Assembly: GCA_964270895.1 (NCBI GenBank)
Contig: OZ185450.1
DNA: 64,000 nt
From: Podarcis filfolensis
Taxonomy: Eukaryota
Reading direction: 5' to 3' (one strand)
Each line of letters opens with the position of its first letter. Within the stretch, counting starts at the first letter, position 1. Shown here piece by piece: positions 36,168 through 47,115 of the stretch. Position numbers and translations under genes: made by a program. The notes beneath the pieces were generated by a model, which had not been told where the DNA came from, ran no database searches, and saw only the letters and a program-made list of their open reading frames with translations.

Positions 36168-36835
36168 CAACATACACCCCATACATTTAAAGCACCATGA
36201 AACCACTTTAAAGAGTCCTGGCTTCCCCCAAATAATTCTGGGAGCTGTAGTTCACTAAGAGCATTGAGAGTTGTCAGGAGACCCCTATCCCCCACCCCCA
36301 AAGCTGCAATGCCCAGAGTGGTTTAACAATCCGTTTCCCCTCCCAGGGATCTATGGGGATAGTAGCTCTGGAACAGGGGTCTCGTAACAACCCTCAGCAC
36401 CCTTAACAAACTACATGTCCCAGAATTATTTGGGGGAAGCCTGGACTGTTTTAAAGTGGTATTGTGGTGCTTTAAATGTATGGGACACGGGTGGTGCTGT
36501 GGGTTAAACCACAGAGTCTAGGACTTGCCAAGCAGAAGGTCGGCGGTTCGAATCCCCGCGACGAGGTGAGCTCCCGTTGCTCGGTGCCTGCTCCTGCTCA
36601 CCTAGCAGTTTGAAAGCATGTCAGAGTGCAAGTAGATAAATAGGTACCACTCTGGCAGGAAGGTAAACAACGTTTCCATGTGCTGCTCTGGTTCGCCAGA
36701 AGCGGCTTAGTCATGCTGGCCACATGACTCGGAAGCTGTCTGCGGACAAACGCTGGCTCCGAGTCGGTCACGACTGGACCTAATGGTCAGGGGTCCCTTT
36801 ACCCTTTACCTTTAAATGTATGGGGTGAATGTGGA
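36168..36835. mobile_element. Long palindromic MITE with a Sauria SINE inserted in its right end
   Basis: CCCCATACATTTAAAGCACC ... GTGCTTTAAATGTAT|SINE|(CTTT)AAATGTATGGGGTG. Confidence 0.7.
36482..36813 (+). mobile_element. Sauria SINE, full head, internal deletion near the 3' end
   Basis: GGGACACGGGTGGTGCTG head and (ACCTTT)-type tail. TSD CTTTAAATGTAT (36470-36481 and 36810-36821, overlapping the tail). Confidence 0.92.
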
Positions 36836-37009
36836 TTTTGGTCTGACCCAGCAGGGCTCTTATATTTTCTGCCACAAGGGCTGAACAAGTGCTGCATCCA
36901 TGACATTTATTAGAGTCATGAAAGACTAGCCTCCCTCCTTAGCCTCTTTTCCTTGGGATGCCACTGGATAGACAACCAAATCTTTACAAATTATATTTAC
37001 TCCTAATGT

Positions 37010-37203
37010 TTAGGAACATAGGAAGTAGCTTTTACTGAGTCAGATCACTGGTCCATCTGGTTCAGAAATGTCTACGTTGACTGGTAGCAGCTCTCCCTTG
37101 GCTTCAGACAAGGGGCATTACTAGCCCTACTCAAATTTACCAGGGATTGAACACAGGAGCTTCTGCCTGCAATGCAGTATCTCTACCACTGAGCATCTTT
37201 CCC
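37010..37203 (-). mobile_element. tRNA-derived squamate SINE
   Basis: TAGGAACATAGGAAG tail, CAGCTCTCC..TTCAG body and CTACCACTGAGC head (reverse). Confidence 0.7.
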
Positions 37204-38855
37204 TGGCATCTGCAGATGTCAACAGCTTTCAGGATGTGGGGCTTCTGTCAAATGCTACTCTCAAAGAGTAGGACAAGAAATGAGGTGGACTAAGCCACCA
37301 GGGTGACACTTAGTGAAGGCTATAACTTCCTAATCAGGCAAAAGTCAGTCCAGGATTTTGTACAACTCTGCTGGTTCCATAATAACTTTGACGGTCTTCA
37401 GTTGTAATGGGCAAGGGCTTCACTATTCTACTTTTCTTGAGTCAACTTCATCCTCCTCTTCACTGACACATGGACTTTGACACATTCATTACTATGGATG
37501 TGGAAAACCAACCTGAGAAGATAACCTTCCCTGGAAACTGCATGGACGTTTCACCCCCCAAAAGAATGCCAGTATTCACCTTGAATTCTGCTTTCTGTGG
37601 GATTCTCTGGCACCTTACACCAACAAACTTCTTCATTCCACTGCCTGAAGTCAGTATGGGGAATCATTGGCCTGCCAGGTCTTGCTGGACTCCAACTCCC
37701 ATCAGGCCCAGAAAGCATGGTCTATGACCAGGGATGATGGGAGCTGTAGTTGAGTGAAATCTACAAGATGAAATTTCTCCCACACCTGTTCTGACGTACA
37801 CCTGTTTCAGTGTCTCCCAGAAGTGTTGTCAGAACTGCCTAGTACAGAGTACTTTTCTGCCTTAAATCGGGGAAACATTTACTGTAGCACTAGACTTTCA
37901 GCTCTTTCTTCAGAACATATAAAATTCCAAGAAGCTGAATTATCCAGAGGCTCCCCTACCCCACACTTGAACAACATGAATACACACAATCCCCCTCTGA
38001 GATTTTTAGAAGCCAGATAGCCCCATGGTGGGATCATTCAAGTACCATTGTTGCCTGATAAGAAGTACTAAATAATTGCAGCTGGAACCATCCCAACCCC
38101 ATAGGACACCATAGAACTTCTAACCCCTTTACAACATCCTCATTTGGGGAAATCTTGATATACCCATTGTAGATCCATCAGATAACTGGTCCCCTCCTCA
38201 ACTCATGTTTTATAAATACATCTTAAGAAATTTCCTCCTCCAGAGTATTGCTCTTTCAGGTAATCAAGCAGAGAGGGGACCTGTTGTGGTGAGGACAAAT
38301 TTCCTCTCTATATACAAAACAGCCACCACCACCACCAAGTCAGAGAGCCTCCTCTGACATTGCCACCCCAGAGTGCAGTCTGTTAGGTGAGGCTTTTGAG
38401 AATAAACAACCCAAGCGGCTCGGTGATCCCAGGTTTGCTTCCAAGTCGCATTTTCTATTACTGCAACATGAAATAAAAAATTGACTTTCGCAAAGGGAGG
38501 CGGGGAAGAGCTCTGTACCCTTATCTGGAAGCTATTTTCTCCACATGCCAGAGCTCTGATTAGAGTGATGGATCCATCTGACACCACTCACAGCCAGGGA
38601 CAGCTGTAATTGCTTGGCTTATTTGTCACGCTTCTCCAACGTTGTGGCAGGCAGAGCTGTTCTGGCTGCCTTTCTGTGCCAGTTGGGAGCTGAGGTGAGG
38701 AGCATAACCTGGAGTGCCCCACTTTTCTGGCTTCCTATGCCCACTTTAACCGATTGTTACTGGGTGGTAGGGATAGTAACCATGCCAGTCCATGTCTATT
38801 GACCATTTTAACATAACCTCCTTGTTGTATACTACACTCTTAAGAGGGCTTAAGC

Positions 38856-39110
38856 CAGGGGTCAGCAAACCTTTTCAGCAGGGGACCGGTCCACTGTCCC
38901 TCAGACCTTGAGGGGGCCCGGACTATATTTTGAAAATAAAAATAAAAATGAACAAATTCTTATGCCCCACAAATAATCCAGAGGTGCATTTTAAATAAAA
39001 GCCACATTCTACTCATGTGAAAACACACTGATTCCCAGATTGTCCGTGGACCAAATTTAGAAGGCGACTGAGCTGGATCTGGCCCCTGGGCCTTAGTTTG
39101 CCTATCCATG
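38856..39110 (+). mobile_element. Charlie-like hAT MITE, copy 2 (intact)
   Basis: TIRs CAGGGGTCAGCAAAC / GTTTGCCTATCCATG. Perfect 8-bp TSD GCTTAAGC (38848-38855 and 39111-39118). Confidence 0.9.
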
Positions 39111-39284
39111 GCTTAAGCGCTGTCCCATGGGGCATGGAGTGACCCAGCCCAAGACAGGTAGGTGAAAAGCAACATGAAGAGGAAGCCACACAGAGGGTAC
39201 GTCAATGAAACCAACATTAATATGGTCTGTGGAGGAGGAAGCCACTGCTTTTGATGCAGAACAGGAGCTAAGATCACATCCTCG

Positions 39285-39605
39285 CTACCCATTTAAAGCA
39301 CCATGACACAGCTTTAAGCAGACATGGCTTCCCCCAAAGAATCCTAGGAACTGTCATTTGTTAAGGGTGATGAGAGTTGTTAGGAGACACACACACCCCT
39401 CCCCTAACAGAGCTGCAATGCTTAGGGTGATTTAACTATCAATTGCTCTTCCCATGCAACTCTGGAAATTGTAGCTGTAATGGGAATAGGAGTCTCCTAA
39501 CTGCTCTTTGTCCCCTTCACAAGCTACAGTTCCCTTGATAATAGGAGGAAGTAGCAACTGCTTAAACTGGTTGAGTACTGCTTTAAATGTGTGGTGCAGA
39601 TGTGG
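39285..39605. mobile_element. Long palindromic MITE
   Basis: CCCATTTAAAGCACCATG ... GTACTGCTTTAAATGTGTGG; same family as 36168. Confidence 0.6.
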
Positions 39606-40340
39606 CCCCAAAAGCCCAGTCCCTGAGAGATGACTCAGGCAGTCCCTTGTATGGCAAGCCAGGAGGGCCAATACAGAGCAGTAGGTTTCCTGAAGATTTA
39701 CCCATAAATACATTGCCATTACTTCCATAGTAACCAGAAGGGGAATTATGGAAGGAAGAATGCTAATCTGTGGGTCAGCAAGAAACTGAAAACGAAACCT
39801 GCTCATCTTCTAAGCACAGCATGAGTCCAGGTTCTTATTTCAAAGAATCCCAGGCCTCTGGACACAACAGACATGCATACTTCATCCACTAGAATTGGGG
39901 CTCTTGCATTCTCCTACCATTGGTAAAAGAGAGGCTGGCATCTCCTGGCCTGGTGATCATCATGATGCAACCTTTGCCCCTGTGTGTTGTGTGCCATATT
40001 ACTTTAGTCTATTAAATAGGAGCCTAGGACTGCTTGAGTCCCAGAGGAAGTCAAAGTGGCCACTGGATTGGAATTAGAAGCTAAATATCTCAATTTATTC
40101 CTTTGTCTGAATCTCTAGGTGTCCACACTGGAATCCCTCCAAATGTCAGGCAGGGGTAACATCAGTGTTTCAGACCACATATAATTATTATTCATAGCCA
40201 AACAAGAGGATGTACTGTAGATCATGTAGCCATCTCCTGAAAAACCTGTGTTATTTTGCTTTGTTTCAAATGAAAAACAGCTGTGGGAGGCTGTGAGTTT
40301 CAGTGGAAAGATGGTAGTGGGGAGGGAGTTGCTTGACCCT

Positions 40341-40412
<72 letters not shown>

Positions 40413-40428
40413 GTCTCTCTCTCTCTCT
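40341..40428. repeat. (CT)n microsatellite
   Basis: Direct read. Confidence 0.92.
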
Positions 40429-41449
40429 GCACAGCATTGCTGCTACCCACATCTTTCTCTCTGTGTGGAAAAGCAACTGGGGAAAGGTCACTTTTAGTGA
40501 GAAAATGCCTCAAGTGGGATTTTTATTTGCTTAGCTAATTTATACACCGCTTTGTATTTCAGCAGAAATATGGTTAAGGAGCCCTTCCCTTTCATTTCTC
40601 TTCAGACACTGGAGAACTGTAGATTTGCATGTTTGGAAAATTAATCTAGCTAAGAGCGAGCCTTCAAATGCTGCTGAGAATCTTTCCCAAGTGAATTAGC
40701 ATTTTCTTGCCCTGTTGAAATCTGAAGTGGCAGTCTGATGTTGCAGAATTGTAGAAACCTGAATCCCTGCCTACATGGGCTTCAGCTTGCCTATCTCTGT
40801 GTATGTCACAAGTGGGATGGGTCATGTCACAGGTGGGAAGAGAAATTAGGGTCCCAGTCTTTTAGTTACTTGTGATTTAAATGATTGATTGAGTTAGATT
40901 TCCACCAGCCCATCCCAAAGGCTTGGGATAGGCAAGAGGGCTTGAAAAACAAGCACAACCCACCCCCCATTTGAATAATAATAAATAAAATGGCATGTTA
41001 GAAACTCCAGCAAATGGGATAGCACATGTACTACCCCATACACTAGCCAGCAGCTACACTCTAGAACTGTTGCCTATTGATATTAAGCAGGTGTCTGAGA
41101 ATACTGTTTTCAGCGTTTGCTTTTAAAAAAATGTTTAGGAAAGCAAAGTCAGACATGTCATTTTAACATGTCATTTTAGTTTATTATGTCATTTTAAAAA
41201 ACCTGCTGCTTTTACTTAAATTTAGAGGAATTGAAGGTCAACACTTATTTTCAGCATTGATTTCATCAGTTTTATTAATGACTAATTTATGTTGTTTTGT
41301 GGAAACTTCTTGAATGTTTTTTGATGATTACGTGGCATATAAGCCTTGTTAAATAGATTAAATAAATAAATAACTCTTTTTAAAAACAATGCCCAGGGTC
41401 TGGATTTGGAGAGTCATTCGTAGGAGGCAGCGGCCTGGAAGTCACTGAG

Positions 41450-41775
41450 TAGGGATGGAGGAGCAATTCAATGCAGGTTTCCACTCAAGTCAAATCTATC
41501 CGGGAGACACTTTCCAAAATAATATGCAAAAAGAAACACGGCAATCCTGCAAAATATGAGCCTACCCGAATTTTGCTTTGCAGTTCGCCAGGCAAACAAT
41601 GTTTTGGGGGAAAATGCATATTTCAGGGTAGCATGTGCTAAAATGTGTGCATTAGTCAAAACTGCATAAGGATATGTGTTTATTAGGAGAAAAACACAAT
41701 GGGACTTGCTGCAAAATGTGGACTGGCAAAACGAGAAACCAAGGGAACAAAATTTGACAGATCCTTCCATCCCTG
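41450..41775 (+). mobile_element. AT-rich hAT-like element (TAGGGATGG family), intact ends
   Basis: TIRs TAGGGATGGA / TCCATCCCTG. 8-bp TSD TCACTGAG / TCACTCAG. Confidence 0.8.
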
Positions 41776-42224
41776 TCACTCAGAATAAATGTCATTGCTG
41801 CTGTCATACAATGAAGAAACTAGAAACACAAGGGGGATTCATGTGGTGGGAGGTAAGCATTTTGAGGGGGTGTAAAAGAAGAAGCAGTCTCTTCAAGAGG
41901 CTGATCCCATGCAGCCTTCCAAGCAAGAGTTTGTGTCCACACCAGGGCCTAAAATGTTTTATACTGCTGATTGATTAATTCCTGATGACATCTCTCCCAT
42001 CACATGCATCACAATGTTCTGTCATACAGCCTTGCAAAAAAAAAAAAAAAAGTCTGCTACCAAATGTACACTCAATGTCAAATGAAGCTAGTTTGTGCCT
42101 TTCATAGTTATATGTCACAGCCAAGTAGGTAGAAAAGAGTTTTTCTCCCTTTCTCATAACCCTAGAACTTGTGGACAGCCAATGAAGCTGAATGTTGGAT
42201 GATTCAGGGTGGATGAAACTCTGG

Positions 42225-42515
42225 AACCCACTCCTGCAGGAGGCAGTGATGGCCGCCAACGTGTATAGCTTTGAATGAGGATGAGACAAATTCATGGAGG
42301 ACAAGGCTATCAATGGCAGCTAGTTGTGCTCTGCCTCCATGGTCTAAGGCAATATTCTGAATATCAGTTGCTGGAAACCACGGGGATGGGGTGGATTGAT
42401 TGTTCTTGTACTTGGGTCCTGTTGGAAGGTTTCCTGCAAACATCTGGTTGGCCACTATGAGCACAGGATGCTGGACTAGATTGGGCTATTGGCCTGATCC
42501 AACAGGCTCTTCTTA
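42225..42515 (+). mobile_element. CR1-clade LINE 3' end
   Basis: GGAACCCACTCCTGCAGGAGGCAGTGATGGCC..ACAAATTCATGGAGG..GGATGCTGGACTAGATTGG..CCTGATCCAACAGGCTCTTCTTATG. Confidence 0.75.
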
Positions 42516-43184
42516 TGTCAGGGCACGGTTGCAAATTGTGAATACTCTTGAGCCCATTCCATGTAGCCCAAGTTTCCCAAGGTGAAACTGGTAGGTGGAA
42601 ATACCACAAGGAGTGACTACTATGGTGCAGTTGGTATTATTATTATTAAGTAGTTTTGCTCTTAGTTGGACCTAAAGTGGTATTAGGAGTTGAATTCTAG
42701 AGACTACCAGAGGTCAGTGGTGAATTTGCATGGGTAGTACCTATTTTATGCAGGGAGTTCTACGTGTCTCAGATCCTACATTGTTCCAGATGATATGAGG
42801 CCTCCCCAGAAGCCACACCAAAAGCATAAGTATCTGAGCCCAGGGATCTTGTGAGATTGCTTTCGCCGGCACTGCATGGATTACAGTTCCCCAATGCCAC
42901 AGACAATACAACAGTGTCCAAGGCTTTTAGTCCTCTTCGGTATATGTTCCTCAGATATGTACCGTGTAGGTAGAAGCAGGCCCAGAAGCCTTTGTAGGCT
43001 TTGGTGCACATCACTGCTGTCACAGGCTTGCACTAGACCTTGGGACAGTTCTAGAGGAGCCTAGTACAATGGGGGTTATGAAAGGTTCTGATAAGTGAGC
43101 TCCAGGTCTTCACTGAAATCCTTGTCAAAATTGTGGTGGGTGTTTTATTCCACTGAATTTTGTTGTATGGCTTAGAACAGGAGG

Positions 43185-43345
43185 AGCTATTCACCAGTGG
43201 AACAGGCTACCTTGGAAGGTGGGACTCTCCTTTATTGAAGGTTTTTACAGAGGTTGGATGGCCATCTGTCATGGATTAATTAGATGTGGTACCTGCATTG
43301 CAAGGGATTGGACTAGATGACCCTTGAAGGTCTCTTTAAACCTTA
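43185..43345 (+). mobile_element. CR1 LINE 3' end (ATTCTATG-tail type)
   Basis: GAGGTTGGATGGCCATCTGTCA..CCTGCATTGCAAGGGATTGGACTAGATGACCC..TATGATTCTATGA. Confidence 0.75.
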
Positions 43346-45526
43346 CGTGTCTATGATTCTATGATTTAAAGCATGTTTAAAATGCACAACATCCTCAAGG
43401 GAATCCTGGAATCTGTAGTTTGTTAAGGAGGATGGGAATTTCAGCTATCTTGGCATCAGCTACAGTTCTCAGGATTATTTGGGGGAAGCCATGTGCTTGA
43501 AATATGATTGAAATGTATGGTGTGTGCACAGCCTTGGTCAGGCTGGACTCCCTAGTTGGCAAAAACTAACTCTCAGACAATCATGCCAAAAGCAGCAATC
43601 GTTCTTCCCTTTGTTGAACATTTCTTCCCTGAACAAATCCAAGATGTAGAGTGGTTATTCTTTCTTAGGTGAGGCAGGTGTTTTAATTTCCCCACCACTA
43701 AGATGCAATAAAGGAACAACCACCGTCTCGCGAACCGCGGAGAGCCTTAAAGGAGCTCAATGCAGGGGCAGAGAATCAGTCTGCTGTTCACAGAGGGATC
43801 GTCAGATAATTAAACTACAGCAGGGTCCCACTGTACCATCCTGTACTAATCTTAGTTTAGCAAATCACTTTCTTCCCCTCCGCACCACCCTCCCACAACA
43901 CCTTTTGTGTGACTACATTGTAAACTCTGCAGGACTTCACTTTGGTTCCGCATAGTGCCTTAATCTAGTGGGAAGCTAATTTCATAAGAGGTCTCCTGTT
44001 GAGAGCCAGAATTCTAGGCCCAACTGTTGTTAGGGGCAACCACAGACTCCATGTTTTGAATATGGGGGTATGCTGCGCTAAAATCAATAGGGAAGAGGCA
44101 TGACAAGGTCCCTGAGGTGTCATGCCATCACAGGTGACCTGCAGTTTTGACCAAAAAGTGCAGAATCCTGATTCCCTCATTAATCTTAATTGATAGAGCA
44201 GTTGTGCTCCTAAATGATGAAGAGGGAGGGCAATGCATTCCTCCATAAACAACCTGATGTGCCACATTTGAAGGAGAAAAGAATAAGCTCAGCAGAGCTA
44301 ATGTGGTTGTGAGAGGAGGTGTGTAGGCTGGCAGCTAAGAGAGAAGGCTGTGTGCGGAGCAGGCCCTAATTCAAGTTTTGCCTAATTCCCCAATCTCAAC
44401 ACCCACATAAAATGCTGGGCTACTTTCGAGGGCCATTGTAAAGATGATTGAGATAAGTTATGCAAAGTGCTTTGAATACTTGAGATGTGCTATTTAAGCA
44501 CACAAATGATTATTACCATCCACTTCCATGGATGGAGATGTGAAGGAACTATTTTCTCACACCAATCCTTCAGGAAAAGAATCTAATGAGTGAACCTTCA
44601 AGAAGAGGTAGGGTGGTTTGAGGAGAATATCTCTCATCCATTTGACTTCTTTGGCCATTGAAAAGTCTCCTCTGAGATTTTACAGGGTTTGCCTATTGTG
44701 TTTGTTATATTAAAGGGGGCCCCCAGGGAGAGAGCTGAAAGCTGTGAGGTGTGAACTAGGAAACTGGGAAGCCCAATTATTCCTTGGTGTTTAATTTTAT
44801 TTAAGGCTTTTCATATCTGCCTTTTGGTTCTATAGTAGAACTTCCCCTCCACAAAAGGCAGTCAGTGACCACCCAAAACTGTAAAGCAGTGAGAAGAGGC
44901 TGTGATTTGCAGGAGAGAATTTGTGGACATGGTATCAACTAACCATCACTTCTTCCCTGAAACTCTCCTACCCTTGCCCTAGCACTTCCCCCTGTGACAC
45001 AGGAAACATGGAGTTGGCTGACAAATACAGCTAAGGTGATGTGGGAAAGGGAAAGCAACAACTGGGGTTAAACATTCCCTTCCCTGACCATTGAAGATAA
45101 ATTGTTAGCTGTCTTATGGGCTGGACATACTCCTCTTCTATAGCAGTTTTCAAAACAGGCAATAATATGGGATGATAATATCAAGAAATCAAGGTATTGC
45201 ACAAAGTGATGTGTAGGCCTAGGAACAGGCTGTGATCCCCGGCCTCTCCGGTGACCAAATAGGCTCTTTTGCAAGGCTGGCATTAAAAAGTATGTCATCC
45301 TTTCCATCTCCTTTTCTTCATGCTTCCTTTCATTCACTTTCAGAAAGTGTCTGCTGTTCTCTGTTTTGCCCATTTACTTCACAGCCCTCCCACTGCCACC
45401 CACACCTTCTCCATCCCATTTCTTATTTACACGGCGCTGTGGTCATGGAGTGGTAATTATGAAACAATATATTTATTTTTATTTTATCTTCATTTTTCTC
45501 TTCCATTGTTTCCTCACCTGGTTTAG

Positions 45527-45562
45527 AAATAAGTGAGCCCACAAGCTCAACCTTGTTCCAAG
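45527..45562 (+). CDS. NTM: Neurotrimin alternative microexon 1 (36 nt, phase 1 to 1): EISEPTSSTLFQ
   Basis: Long pyrimidine tract plus TTTAG acceptor, GTCAGT donor, in frame. The peptide matches the alternative human NTM insert as I recall it (ELNEPTSSTLLQ). Absent from the ORF track in this frame. Confidence 0.88.
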
Positions 45563-45875
45563 GTCAGTATTGTTCTTGCTGTATGTCACCTTCCGCTCCC
45601 TTATTTGCAACCTCCCCACCCGCCGCCACCCTTCGTTATACATTGCCTGTTTCCCTTGTCCGATTTGCATGGAGGACGGTACCACTTCCTGATGAGCACC
45701 CAAGAGACTGCAGGCTCTGATTGGTCTCCTTGTCTCCATCATGTCATGTTTGATCTGTTGACTCAGTGATTCAGAGCTTCAGTAACCAGTTCCATATCTC
45801 CTTCTCCTCCCTCACAGATTAGACTCAAGTAACTAAAAGTGTATCTGCATGCAAAATTCATATTGCCTTTATACT

Positions 45876-46110
45876 AGGGATGGGGAACCTGTGGCTCACC
45901 AGTTTTTGCTGAACTACGACTCTCATCAATCCTGACAAGCGTCATGGATGGTGGGAGTTCTAGCCCAACAATGTATGGAGAGTTAGGGGTGATGGAAGTT
46001 CCATCCCATTCAACATCTGGAGAGCCAATGATGGTTTGAGTTGTAGCCCACTCAACATACGGAGGGCTACAGCATCCCCATCCCTGTCCCCATCCCCTAA
46101 CCACTTTGAC
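45876..46110. mobile_element. Nested or degenerate hairpin MITEs (TAGGGATGGGG...CCCCATCCCTA)
   Basis: TAGGGATGGGGAACC at the left, CCCCATCCCTA at the right, and several internal GAGTTGTAG/CTACAAC palindromic units. Confidence 0.5.
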
Positions 46111-46852
46111 CATCAAGTTTTCCTACCCAAAGAATCGTGAGAATAATAATCTGTAGAAATGACTCACAAAACTGCAGATCACAAGCTTTCCTAAAATCAG
46201 TTTAAACCTAGAATGCACATAACCTCTTCAATATTCCCATCATAAGTCTCTGAGTTTAGGGCTTATACTAGAGCGGTGCCAAACATCCTTAAAAACAAGA
46301 ATTTTATGAGAAATGTTCTGGACGTATTTATTTTTTTAAGAGCCTCCTAAAATGGTTGGAGAATTTTGGAACACCCTTGATAATATGACCTTAATTTTGC
46401 TAGTGGAGAATCAGGTAGAGAATAAAATTCCCAGCCTTCCAACAAACAGAGCATTGCACATCCCTCACAGAAAATCTATGGCAGGGTACCCTTCCAGATG
46501 TTGTTGGACTCCAGCTCTTATCATCATTGTGCATGCTGGCATGGGCTGACGGAAGCTGTAGTTCAACAACATCTGGGACTCAGTGTGTCACAGTAGGTCA
46601 TGGTTTGCCAACTTGTTTTGTCCTCCAGATGTCGCTAAGTTACTACTGCCATCATCCCTGAGTATTAGCCATGCTGACTGGAGCTAATGGGAATTGTAGT
46701 AGGTGGGTCTAGTTATATGGGTGGTGCCAGGGATCTGCAACATATGATTCTGAGTGCCCTCACCAAACTACATTTCCCAGGATTCTATGAGGATCCATAA
46801 AATGAAAATTAATATGAAACCAATATAGGTTTGCAGAGTAGATGTGTGTCTG

Positions 46853-47115
46853 CAGCGGGCGCTGGAGCACCCCCACCCCAGAGCCAAGTGGGGCCAAATC
46901 TCCCTGACTCCCGCAGAGAGGAGCACCGGGTCGTGCTGTGCTGGGGTCACCACTTGCCAGCTTCCCTCTGTCTGCAGCCACTCACCGTGGGTCTGGGCTG
47001 CTCTGTTGCCTGGGCCAGGGTTGGGATCCCTGCAGAACAGGGTGCCTGATTGCACCCCTCAGAATTTTGCACCAGGGGTCACAACCCCCCTGCCCCTCCC
47101 CATGCTAGACCACTG
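46853..47115. mobile_element. GC-rich hAT-type MITE
   Basis: CAGCGG / CCACTG ends. 8-bp TSD TGTGTCTG / TGTGTATG (1 mismatch). Confidence 0.6.
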
